This document shows positions 31,724-41,234 of a DNA stretch of 64,000 bases, one piece after another. The stretch comes from Rhynchopus sp. YZ270_cl-10 (taxonomy: Eukaryota). Position 1 is the stretch's first letter, and the number at the start of each line of letters is the position of its first letter. The notes below the pieces were generated by a model, which saw nothing but the letters and a program-made list of their open reading frames with translations, ran no database searches and was not told where the DNA came from. A program made the translations under genes and the position numbers. The stretch covers positions 62,001 to 126,000 of the forward strand of contig OZ037835.1 in NCBI GenBank assembly GCA_964035575.1. Direction: 5' to 3'.

Positions 31724-34700
31724 TCACGTCACGGCAGACGCCCCCGAAGGGTCGTGACGGTGATGCAGTGGTTGAATGCCTTCCTGGGCCGCGTGCTTGA
31801 ATTGCGGGTGGCAGGAGTGGCAGCATTCGTTTAGGCTTTTTCTGTCCAAGTGGCAGGCCCCACAGCGCGTCAATCTGTGGCTCAGGCAGAAGTCCATCAC
31901 AAGCTCAAGGCCATCATCCTCTCTGTGGTGCAGGTTGCAGCAGGTTTCCACTACGGCTCGCACTTTCACACAGGACACACATCTGACTTTTCCGTGGCTC
32001 TCACATGAGATGATTTTGGCGTTCTTGCGGGCCCCCGCGGGGGCAGGTCGCGGGGGTCTGGACCTGAAGGCTGCAGTGTCCACCGCCGCTCTGCCCCGTG
32101 CCTGGCTGGATGCCTCCGTCCAGTTCGCGGCGTAGTGGTCCTGGGGGTAGAACCGTGCTGCCCATGCTTGGCTCTCCTCATACAGGATGGAGCTAGGGCC
32201 ATGCGGCTGTTCGCTGCGGATGTTGTGGGCGTTGAGGTGGCGGAGGACGGCCTCTGTCTTGGCGGAAAGCACAGCCCGTCGGTTTACCCCTTGCACCACT
32301 GTCCCTCCGAGCGCTGTCAGACTGGTGACACCTCCCTCTTTGCCTCTGGTCCAACTGTCGACTTGGACCACACTGCGTAGGTCACGGGTGAGGCTCTGCA
32401 GTGACAGTGCTTTGGCCCATACGCTCTTTTGGAAGAGAGGGTATTCTGCAGCTGCCTGGCTTAGCTGCTCCGCCCTCGCAACTTCGACCGTATCCATCGC
32501 TTCATTGCTGAGAGCGTCAGCGTCAGTGTTGAGGTTCCGCTTGACGTGGCGCCATTCGATGACGTAGCGGGGTTGCAGGTCTCGGATTTGGGCCCTGATG
32601 CGGTGGAGGAATGGCTGGAGGTTCTCTTTGCATGTTGTGTTCCCCTTGATGTGCTCGATGATCAGTTTAGAGTCACCGTATATGGTCGCCTGGCCACACA
32701 CTTCTGGGGGTAGGTCGCGAAGAAGGCAAAGGCCACTGCTAGCCCCTTCGTACTCGGCAACGTTGTTGCTTCTTGCAAATGGCAGGGGCGTAGCTACGGA
32801 TGCTGCCTTCACCCCGTCGATGTAGACAACTGCTCCTGCCCCTGCCCTCGCAAATACCGTACCGTTCTGTCTAGCACCACCATCAAAGAACACCTCTGTG
32901 CCCTGGCGGCCTTCTAGGGTGTTGCGCACAGTGCACACGGTTTGAGACGCACAGTATGGCTGGTATCTACGGTTCTTGATACCCGGCAAGGAAAGTCCCG
33001 TGGTCAGCTCGAAGTCTATTGCGAGCTCAATGTAGCTAACGGAGTGCTCCGATCCGTTATGCGCCCATTGCAGACTGTTTACCCAGTGGTTGGTTGCGTA
33101 CCATAGGTCTTCACTGTGTTTCCATATGGCCCCCACGTCTTGGTAACGCAGTGAAGGGAGTTGCACTCGCATGGGTTGGGGAGAAGACCATCCCCATGGG
33201 TAGTCAACCAGGCGGTGGTGGCGGGCCGACTCTGCTGGGCGGTCATCTCGAATCTGTCTTTGCCTGACTATCTCTATGAATAGCCTTTGCAGATTTCTCA
33301 CTAGTGCGATCCTCTCGTGGTCGTCTCGCGGGAGAACGTTGTCGTGGCAGTCGTGACGGTACCGTGGTGCCACCCCGCAAATGACCAGACAGTTCGGCCA
33401 GTCCGTCCTGTCCGCGGCTGCGACAGGGTGACGGCTGCGTACCTCCTCCCACGCACTGCATTCCCACCACATATGGCGAACTGTTTCGCGGGCTTCGGTC
33501 TCACAGTAAGGGCATCCGTCGGTGATGAGGCCGGATCTACCCGTTGTTGTCATTGCCCCTGCGATGATGGAGCGAAGGATGCCTTTCTGGTACCCGGTTA
33601 AGTTGCTCTCGGGGTCTTCCAGCAGGTGCCTGGTCACTCTGCCGTCAACACCATGTTGGAGTCCGTCGTAGTCGCTCGATCGCTTGTTCGCAAGGGACCT
33701 CATTAGGGCATTCCGCAGTTTGTGACGTGCCTCGGCCTCGACTGACGTGGCTTGCTTTTCGGTGAGGGTGTCAACGTCCAGCAGGGTTTGGTCTCCTGAT
33801 TCGTTGGTGAATCTGACTTGGTTGGGGGCAACCCAGTCCCACCCCAAGGCGTTCAGTGATTCATTGAGGAGGAAGAACGGTCCGTAGGACAGGGAATCTC
33901 TGTGCTGCCACGCCACCGCACATAGATGTCTGCAGTTTTCTCTTCTCATCTGTTTGATCCACGCACGTAGCCTGCGAATGTGGAAGACCATCTCCGGGTC
34001 TAGTCGGTGGCCGTGCTGTAGGATGTGCATGACCGCCACCACAGCACGTCGCGAAGGCCCGGTCCAGACAGCTGCTGTGAAGTTTTTCTGAAGTTTTGCC
34101 CGTTTCTCCGGGGACAGGTAAGTCACGGACGCGCCATAATAGCACTTTGACCCCGCAGTCATTGCCGCTATGTGGTCTCGGTGGTTTACTGGTGTTGGGA
34201 GGGACCGCACCCTTCCCAGGTTCTTCACCGCGTTTGAGGACCTGTTGGAGATGCGATTGGAGACGGGCAAGGAGCTAAGGTTGGTGCCTGGTTGTGCGTG
34301 CTGCATGACCCCTGTGCTGTCGAAGCTGTTCTTGACAGGGAGGAACGTCGGAGGGTTGTGGCACATTAGCTCTCCGGTTTGCACGTTGATCACCTTGATT
34401 TCACATGGGCGCGTGCGGCACGTGGAGAAGGTGAGCGACTTTGAGACGCTGATGTCCATCTGGGTGTGGTGAGAGAAGATCACTGTTCGGTCAACGGCCA
34501 TCTGCTGGAGCTGGTGAGATGGGGCAGTGGCGTAGATGTCGTCAACGAATGATGTGGTCTCAGCCCCCTTGCTGTCGACCTCACGCATCCATACGCTGAT
34601 AACAATGTTTATTAGGATCACACTCAATGGGCACCCCTGCATGATACCATTGGTTGGTGTGAAGGGTTCTCCCACAGACCCGTTGCACCGGAAGTGTCTC

Positions 34701-37564
34701 TTCATCTTCACATAAGCCTCTCTGAGTACCGATAGCACCACTCCATTGAAGCCCAGTCTCGCTGCAAGGCACATCGCGATGTTGATGGGGACGGTATCAA
34801 AGCACTTCTTAAGGTCTATGGCTACTCCAAAGATGTGTTCACCGGTGAGGTGTGCGCATTCTAACTGTGCTGCGAGGTGCCAGTACAAGTCCTCCGTCCC
34901 GTGTTTGGGCCTGCACCCGTGCAATCCTGCAGGTGACAACTTGTCCAACCACGGAAAGGCGGATTGAGCACGTATCGATGCCCATATCCTATAGAGGACC
35001 GCCGTGATGGTGATGGGTCGTTGCGACAGGGGGTCTCCATCACTGTCTGGTTTCGGGATTAGCGGCACCAGTGCTTGCATGAGGGCTTCAGGCCACACGC
35101 CGTCCCGTTCGACGGCATTTAGGCATTCCACAAGGATGGCGATGATAGAGTCAGGTAGCTGTTCCACTTCGTGTGCTCTCCATCCGTGCATGCCTGGTGA
35201 GGTGGTACGCTTCATACGTTTGAGTGCCTTGTGTACATCTTCCACCTTGATGGGTTCACAAGTCATGTCTTCTGCCGCCGGTAGTACATCTTCGTACACT
35301 GCGAGGAAGGAGTCCCAACTTGGCTCGGGTGAGGAGGCGTATTTTTGGAATATACCACCCCATGCCTGGTTGTCTCTGAGGAGGGAGTCAACCTTGGCTG
35401 GGTCAGCCGTGAGAGTGCCATCTTGTTGCTTCATGAACGCTGCCGGCGTGGTGAAGCGGTCAGCCACATAGTCGAAGATGGCACCTTGACCTTTGCTCCC
35501 AACGTTTTGCATGGTGTGCTTCCAATGCAGACTGCGTTGTGCCTTCATGGCGGCAAAGGCTTCTCTCTGGGAGCCTTCGAGTTTCTCTAGGAGGCGGTGC
35601 AGGTAATCCACTCCGGGGTTTGGTACGAAGAGGGCCTCAGTGATCTCATCCCTCAGCGGGCCTCCTCGGAGTCGGGACAGCGCCTCCCACGCGTACCTCT
35701 CCCTGCGGGTCATTGCGTACGGCTTGTCCACAAGCAGTCTGGCCCTTCCTATTTGGAGAAGCGTGCGTAGGTTTCCCATGACAGCGTCCCTCGCCCTTGT
35801 TAGCTTTGAGGACGCCCCATTTTTGCTGCTGTGCTTTGTGGCGTGCCTGGCCGTCTTCACAAGGGATGTCTCGCTTCGCCCGCAGTAATCAGAATGTGGG
35901 GACGCTATGCTGTCCTCATGGAGGAGGAGTAGGAACTTCTCACCCACCTCTGCAAACTCAGCAAGCTTGCTTTCTCCTGATGCCTCGTTCCTGTCGTTTT
36001 TCTCCAGCTGGCTAGCAAATGCCACCGCAGTCTCTGGGGTGTTCCTTGGTCTATCCAGTGGGAAGGGCTTGGGGAGCACGCATCTCCGGGTGCGGCCAGA
36101 ATATACGTTTAGGTCGAGGGTGAAGGTGAGCGGTACATGTGTCGGGAAAGGGCAGTCGTCGAAGCTGGAGTCAACTGTCACTTTATAGATCGCTGGTGCT
36201 GCCGTCGCATTCGCCAGGCACATATCAATCCGCGTTCCGTTCGAGTTGGCCGTTCTGCAGGTGAAAGGTGGAGGGGTCCGTTGGGCAGCGGCTAGGCTCT
36301 CCGCCACATCAACCCATCTTCCAGATCTCTGCGCTGCCGCAAGAGTGACGCTATTGGAGGCGTTGCAGTTGAAGTCCCCGATGATGATGACTGGGACTGC
36401 GTGACCCAGGCCAGTTGCCATCTCCAATGCGTCCTTGATGAGTGCTTCTCGTTCGGCCGCCGCCTCCTGGCCTGCGTGTGCGTAGAGGGAGATGACGTGG
36501 AAGGCAGCCCCTGCGCCCACCGCAACAGCTGTGTGGACCACCCTCGTTGAATCGTGACAGCGTTTTTCCACCGGTGATTTAGGCGCGATGGTTTGCGCTA
36601 TCAGGCCACTCTTGGTCATTATCGCCACGCCTCCCGGTGCGATTTGCTGGCGCTCGCCTCCTCCCGTCTTTGCGAGGGCCTTTCCCCAGTGTACCTCCCT
36701 TCCTTTTGCGTGGAAGTATTGCCCATGTGTGCCCATGTGTTCCTTCCCGACCCTTGTCTCCTGTAAGGCAAGGATATCAGCCGGGAGGTCAGCCACGTCA
36801 CGGTGGTGCGTTTGCAGCGACGTTACGTTGATGGTGGTGATGGTTAGGGGTCTGGGTGCGGGTGTAGGCGGAGCTCGGGGTTGCCGTCTGTTCCTGTTCG
36901 CCGGAGACGGTGCCTCGAGGGGGAGAATGCCGTTCTGACAGGCTCGTAGACTTCGGAGGAGAGCCATCGGGATTCTGAGTATGTCATAATGCTCAGGTCT
37001 GTACGTTAGTCCCAGCACACGGTTCCGTTGGGCAGGGCAGCCCTCACGTCGCAGTGTGCCACGACTTCCCGTGCTGGCGTTGAGGACCCATACCTCCGCC
37101 TTGAGGATCGTCGCTGCCGCCTGCAAGCAGAGGTGGTCCCCGTAGGTGCCGTCACGGCTCATGTGGTCCAGGTATATGCTGAACGAGGTCGTGGCTGCTG
37201 CCGGCCCGGCTTCATACAGGTACCTGGACTCTTCGTTTGTGCGCAGGTGGCTGATGACGTCTCTGCGCAAGGAGGCCGCACATATACTCCCGGTGCATTG
37301 TGAGGCGAGCGCCCTAAAGAGGCAGTTGCCGTCCCCAGGGATCACGTGACGGGAGGTGTGCAAGCTCGCTGCTGTCCGGTCCAGCCACACATTATTCTCT
37401 GCTCTCTCTGCAATAGGGTCATCCCCCCCGCCTCTCATATTTGTACGATGCTTCCCGCACGCGGACGCGTATCCAATCTTTGAGTCGATGCTCATCTCTG
37501 GAGATGCTGGCGTTGTCACAAGCGGGAGATATACTTTCGGAGGGACTGCTAGGGTCGCCGTCAT
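31724..37564 (-). CDS. ORF2: OTU protease, AP endonuclease, reverse transcriptase, CCHC knuckle, RNase HI, Cys/His-rich C-terminus (frame open from 37708; first ATG at 37564)
   Basis: GDGNCLFRAL..YG..HYD; NVTSL..LQET..GDFN..RID..THVP; QRPI..DLKKCFD..QGCPLS..FVDD; CPYC..HMWWEC; FFDGGAR..NNVAEY..GDSKL..HVKRNLNTDADAL. Confidence 0.93.
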   Translation of the reverse strand: MTATLAVPPKVYLPLVTTPASPEMSIDSKIGYASACGKHRTNMRGGGDDPIAERAENNVWLDRTAASLHTSRHVIPGDGNCLFRALASQCTGSICAASLRRDVISHLRTNEESRYLYEAGPAAATTSFSIYLDHMSRDGTYGDHLCLQAAATILKAEVWVLNASTGSRGTLRREGCPAQRNRVLGLTYRPEHYDILRIPMALLRSLRACQNGILPLEAPSPANRNRRQPRAPPTPAPRPLTITTINVTSLQTHHRDVADLPADILALQETRVGKEHMGTHGQYFHAKGREVHWGKALAKTGGGERQQIAPGGVAIMTKSGLIAQTIAPKSPVEKRCHDSTRVVHTAVAVGAGAAFHVISLYAHAGQEAAAEREALIKDALEMATGLGHAVPVIIIGDFNCNASNSVTLAAAQRSGRWVDVAESLAAAQRTPPPFTCRTANSNGTRIDMCLANATAAPAIYKVTVDSSFDDCPFPTHVPLTFTLDLNVYSGRTRRCVLPKPFPLDRPRNTPETAVAFASQLEKNDRNEASGESKLAEFAEVGEKFLLLLHEDSIASPHSDYCGRSETSLVKTARHATKHSSKNGASSKLTRARDAVMGNLRTLLQIGRARLLVDKPYAMTRRERYAWEALSRLRGGPLRDEITEALFVPNPGVDYLHRLLEKLEGSQREAFAAMKAQRSLHWKHTMQNVGSKGQGAIFDYVADRFTTPAAFMKQQDGTLTADPAKVDSLLRDNQAWGGIFQKYASSPEPSWDSFLAVYEDVLPAAEDMTCEPIKVEDVHKALKRMKRTTSPGMHGWRAHEVEQLPDSIIAILVECLNAVERDGVWPEALMQALVPLIPKPDSDGDPLSQRPITITAVLYRIWASIRAQSAFPWLDKLSPAGLHGCRPKHGTEDLYWHLAAQLECAHLTGEHIFGVAIDLKKCFDTVPINIAMCLAARLGFNGVVLSVLREAYVKMKRHFRCNGSVGEPFTPTNGIMQGCPLSVILINIVISVWMREVDSKGAETTSFVDDIYATAPSHQLQQMAVDRTVIFSHHTQMDISVSKSLTFSTCRTRPCEIKVINVQTGELMCHNPPTFLPVKNSFDSTGVMQHAQPGTNLSSLPVSNRISNRSSNAVKNLGRVRSLPTPVNHRDHIAAMTAGSKCYYGASVTYLSPEKRAKLQKNFTAAVWTGPSRRAVVAVMHILQHGHRLDPEMVFHIRRLRAWIKQMRRENCRHLCAVAWQHRDSLSYGPFFLLNESLNALGWDWVAPNQVRFTNESGDQTLLDVDTLTEKQATSVEAEARHKLRNALMRSLANKRSSDYDGLQHGVDGRVTRHLLEDPESNLTGYQKGILRSIIAGAMTTTGRSGLITDGCPYCETEARETVRHMWWECSAWEEVRSRHPVAAADRTDWPNCLVICGVAPRYRHDCHDNVLPRDDHERIALVRNLQRLFIEIVRQRQIRDDRPAESARHHRLVDYPWGWSSPQPMRVQLPSLRYQDVGAIWKHSEDLWYATNHWVNSLQWAHNGSEHSVSYIELAIDFELTTGLSLPGIKNRRYQPYCASQTVCTVRNTLEGRQGTEVFFDGGARQNGTVFARAGAGAVVYIDGVKAASVATPLPFARSNNVAEYEGASSGLCLLRDLPPEVCGQATIYGDSKLIIEHIKGNTTCKENLQPFLHRIRAQIRDLQPRYVIEWRHVKRNLNTDADALSNEAMDTVEVARAEQLSQAAAEYPLFQKSVWAKALSLQSLTRDLRSVVQVDSWTRGKEGGVTSLTALGGTVVQGVNRRAVLSAKTEAVLRHLNAHNIRSEQPHGPSSILYEESQAWAARFYPQDHYAANWTEASSQARGRAAVDTAAFRSRPPRPAPAGARKNAKIISCESHGKVRCVSCVKVRAVVETCCNLHHREDDGLELVMDFCLSHRLTRCGACHLDRKSLNECCHSCHPQFKHAAQEGIQPLHHRHDPSGASAVT

Positions 37565-37682
37565 GAGAGGTAGGGGGATGATATGCTGAGGGTGCTGGGG
37601 TTGAAAGGATGGAAGTCGGGATGGAATGGTGATCGTTGGAGAGGGAGGGTTTGAGTTGTGTGAGGGGTTCGTTTGAACAGCC

Positions 37683-39806
37683 TCATTGCCGATCCTGATT
37701 GCGTTCACGGGGGACTGTTGCGAAGCTCGTGATGAGCGGCTGCCCTGCGGACTTGGTCCCCTTTGTCGCCGTCGGTCCCTTCCCTTTCCCTTCCTTCGCT
37801 TGTGGTTTCGGGCCCACGCTGTACGGCCCTGTCACGATCTTCTTAGCCCGGTTGAACGTATCGGCGATCTGTTCCATCCGTGTAGCCCGCGGCATTTCCC
37901 CCGCGCTCCGGGCGATGGACCTATCGTGGTTGTCGCTCGGGGCTGAGGTGGGCTTTTGCTGGGGGAGATTCGGCGGTGCCTCCTGCACCAGTGGCTTCAA
38001 CTGCTGATGCGACGCTGGTGGTTGCTGCTCAGTCCTATCATGTGTGCTGACGACGTGTTCCAGCGCCGCTTCCACCTCACCATTGTGTTTGCACTGGTAA
38101 CGCATCGCCTGCTCCTGGTCCTCCTTTATCCGTTGCGCTTCCCCGTCCACGGCGGCGAACTTGATGGTGGCGGCGTCAACCAGGTTGGCCGTACCCCGCT
38201 GTGTTTGCATCAGGGCCTCCTTCGTTTTGGCTTCGAGAGCGTGGTTGCGCTGCCGGGCCAATGCCGCCTCCTCCTCTGCTTGACTCCGGAGGAGGTTGAC
38301 TTCGTTGCTGAGGCGGTTCGCTGCGGCTGTCAGCCTGTCGTCGGTCTGGTGCGCCTTCTTCAGGGCCTCTTCAGCCATGGCTGATACCACAACAGTATCA
38401 GCTGCCGCCTGCTGCGTGCGCCTGCCCTGTTCTTGCAGCCCTTCCTGGAGGTGGGGAACAGCGGCCTCAGCTCTCTTGTGTGCCTCCACGAGCTGTTCAG
38501 CCGTGCTGCTGGCGGTGGTAGCTTTCGCCGCAACCTCGGTTGTCCACGCGTGCAACTTCACGTACGCGGACTGCAGCTCCTCCGCCTGCTGGGTCTGCTG
38601 GCTTGCGGTTCTGGTTGACGTGTCTTGTGCCTTGTCTTGTGCCTGCGTCACTTGCATCACCCGTTCCTCCAACAGCTCCATTCTGACCGCTAGTTGGGTG
38701 GCAGCGGGTGCGCCGGACTGCACTCCAGAAATGGCTTTGACGATGACCTGCTGCTCCTTCTTTTGGTTGTGGAGTTGAAGGCGGATGTCTTCCATTTCCT
38801 CCCTCTCAAAGGTAACGACCCTCAGATTAGTGGCGGTGGCTGCTTCGAGTGCATTGGTCGCCTGCTTTGCCGCGCGTTCCGCCTTCTTCTTCACTGCCTG
38901 CAGTTCCGTGGACACCCCCACCTGGTCAACGGCCAGCGCCTTGGTGGCCCTCACCTCTTCGCGGAGCTGCTCGAGGAGGAGCTGCGTGCCTTCTGCGTTC
39001 TCCACTGCCTTCTCCGTCATCTGCCTTGTCACGGCAGCTGCCTCCTCTTTCGCCCGCTGCAACGCAGCAGCAAACTCCTGCCGCAGCTGTGCAAGCTCAG
39101 GTGCAGGTGTAGTAGCGGGTGCAGTAGCGGGTGTAGCAGCGGGTGTAGCAGACACAGCAGGTGTAGCAGGCACAGCAGACACAGGTGCAGTAACCTCACT
39201 AGGCGCAGACGCAGCAGCAGTGGTGGTTGTGACTGGAACTGTAGGGGAGGGCAGTGGTGTGGCAGGTGTCGTGGGCGTTTGCTTGGTGCGGTCCTGGGCG
39301 ATGACCTTCAGCACCGCGTGGAGGTGCGCGACGGGGACGACGACGTCCTTCGCGGTGTAGCCCCTACCACCTCCCCGCCCACCTGTTCGCTTGACGCCTT
39401 GCAAGGCCGCCAACAGGGCCGCAATGGCGTCCTCGTGTGCGCGGTGCTCCTTCTTCAGCCGCTTTTCCTCCTCCCTCCTTTTCCGCTCGGCACGGATGGT
39501 GTCCATGTCCTGGATGGACATGCGGTGCCCGTTGATGTCGAGCTCTGTGTTGGGGGGCGGATGCGGGGCGGTGACCTGAAGGACGTCCGCCTTCCTGCCC
39601 GTCACCTCGGCTTCCCACTCCATCTGCTTCAGCATGGCCGTGGCCTGTGCCTGCAGGAAGCTGGAGGGGAAGGGGTGGATGCGGTATTCCCGCGGTGGTT
39701 GGAGTGTCAGCACGAGGGGGCGCACTACCTGCTGTCCGGCTTGTTCGCCGTCGAGAATCTCGACGTTGCCGGGGGATGCCGCATGGAGGCCAGCCGGGTT
39801 TTGCAT
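37683..39806 (-). CDS. ORF1, 707 aa coiled-coil protein (start MQNPAG)
   Basis: First ATG inside the element. Ala/Gln/Glu-rich heptad-like region, in the typical LINE ORF1 position. Confidence 0.8.
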   Translation of the reverse strand: MQNPAGLHAASPGNVEILDGEQAGQQVVRPLVLTLQPPREYRIHPFPSSFLQAQATAMLKQMEWEAEVTGRKADVLQVTAPHPPPNTELDINGHRMSIQDMDTIRAERKRREEEKRLKKEHRAHEDAIAALLAALQGVKRTGGRGGGRGYTAKDVVVPVAHLHAVLKVIAQDRTKQTPTTPATPLPSPTVPVTTTTAAASAPSEVTAPVSAVPATPAVSATPAATPATAPATTPAPELAQLRQEFAAALQRAKEEAAAVTRQMTEKAVENAEGTQLLLEQLREEVRATKALAVDQVGVSTELQAVKKKAERAAKQATNALEAATATNLRVVTFEREEMEDIRLQLHNQKKEQQVIVKAISGVQSGAPAATQLAVRMELLEERVMQVTQAQDKAQDTSTRTASQQTQQAEELQSAYVKLHAWTTEVAAKATTASSTAEQLVEAHKRAEAAVPHLQEGLQEQGRRTQQAAADTVVVSAMAEEALKKAHQTDDRLTAAANRLSNEVNLLRSQAEEEAALARQRNHALEAKTKEALMQTQRGTANLVDAATIKFAAVDGEAQRIKEDQEQAMRYQCKHNGEVEAALEHVVSTHDRTEQQPPASHQQLKPLVQEAPPNLPQQKPTSAPSDNHDRSIARSAGEMPRATRMEQIADTFNRAKKIVTGPYSVGPKPQAKEGKGKGPTATKGTKSAGQPLITSFATVPRERNQDRQ

Positions 39807-39836
39807 TGTGATAGTGTTAATTTCCCTCGTTCCCCC
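39736..39836 (-). ncRNA. HDV-like self-cleaving ribozyme at the 5' end of the APE element
   Basis: P1 GGGGGA/UCCCCC; P2 CCGGCU/AGCCGG; P3 GCC/GGC; L3 UCCAUGC; P1.1 CC/GG; P4 CGUCGAG/CUCGACG; J4/2 GCGAA. G1 coincides exactly with the element boundary. Confidence 0.88.
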
Positions 39837-41201
39837 TGTGTGTGTGTGGGTGTGTGTGTGTGTGGGTGTGTAGTGTGTGTGGTGTGGGTGGCGCACATCT
39901 CTATAGTAAAGACTAAAAAACTAAGGTTTTTTAGGATTTTTTTTTGGGCCTCAATACCCCCAAACAACACGTTAAGCCCAAAAAATTCACTTTTGGATGA
40001 GCAACTATATATTTTAAAAAATCGATTTTTTGGTCAAATCCCCTCTGGTGGTGAGGGGGTGTGTGTGTGTGTGTGTGGGTGTGTGTGTGTGTGGGTGTGT
40101 AGTGTGTGTGGTGTGGGTGGCGCACATCTCTATAGTAAAGACTAAAAAACTAAGGTTTTTTAGGATTCTTTGTAAAAAAAAATGAACCCCTTTGTAAAAA
40201 AAAATGAACCCCTTTGTAAAAAAAAATGAACCCCTGTAAAAAAAAATGATGTTTTTGTGGTAAACTCCAGCTGGTCTGAAGAGTGATCTGACCATATTCC
40301 CCAGGTATAACTGGTACTCAAAAAGTTCATTAACGAAGGAATCTTGCACTTTTGACCATCACATATTACATGTGTTTTTTCAGGTTTTTCAATGCACTTT
40401 CCTGTACTGGGAAGCATGCCACAAGTGTCATGTTTTACAAGGTAAAAATGACCAAAAAAGCTGATTTTTGGCCGAATGCCACATGTCATTTGGCAGTCCA
40501 ATTTCTGAACACGACTGAAAAAAAATTTTTTTTTGGGCCTCAATACCCCCAAACAACACGTTAAGCCCAAAAAATTCACTTTTGGATGAGCAACTATTTA
40601 TTTAAAAAAATCGATTTTTTGGTCAAATCCCCCTGGTGGTGAGGGGGTGTGTGTGTGTGTGTGTGTGGGTGTGTGTGGGTGTGCTGTGTGTGGGTGTGTA
40701 GTGTGTGTGGTGTGGGTGGCGCACATCTCTATAGTAAAGACTAAAAAACTAAGGTTTTTTAGGATTTGGTGACGGGCTAAAAAACCTGTCGTTCTGTGTG
40801 ACACTTCCATGGAAACGTGATGAGGACCACACTTTTTTTACAGGTGGTTTTTTTTGTAAGCACCTCACGCACTGGGCAGGCGGTCAGCTATTCGCTTCCC
40901 GCGGGGCGTTCGCGTGCGCGCTTCGCGCGCCCGCTCACGGTAACGCATCACAAAAAAACCTCACTCATGCCTTCATGATCACATATTACATGTGTTTTTT
41001 CAGGTTTTTCAATGCACTTTCCTGTACTGGGAAGCATGCCACAAGTGTCATGTTTTACAAGGTAAAAATGACCAAAAAAGCTGATTTTTGGCCGAATGCC
41101 ACATGTCATTTGGCAGTCCAATTTCTGAACACGATTTGGTGACGGGCTAAAAAACCTGTCGTTCTTGTGTGACACTTCCATGGAAACGTGATGAGGACCA
41201 C

Positions 41202-41203
<2 letters not shown>
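39837..41203. repeat. Modular satellite
   Basis: Modules A, D, C and B, some truncated. Confidence 0.9.
40169..40249 (-). repeat. Orphan array of GGGGTTCATTTTTTTTTACA(AA), 3 full copies plus 1 partial
   Basis: 22 nt period. Joins module A to the start of module C in place of module B. Confidence 0.9.

Positions 41204-41234
<31 letters not shown>

Larger units (their letters stand above)
31661..39836 (-). mobile_element. APE-type non-LTR retrotransposon, intact, two ORFs, inserted in the (TG)n tract of satellite module A
   Basis: ORF1 coiled coil; ORF2 OTU-APE-RT-CCHC-RNase H; 5' ribozyme. Module A resumes on both sides, and any TSD is hidden in (TG)n. Confidence 0.94.

Noticed and set aside
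38694..40145. Long plus-strand ORFs opposite retroelement ORFs (also 19206-20615)
   Set aside because: Antisense shadows of GC-rich coding sequence with no motifs.
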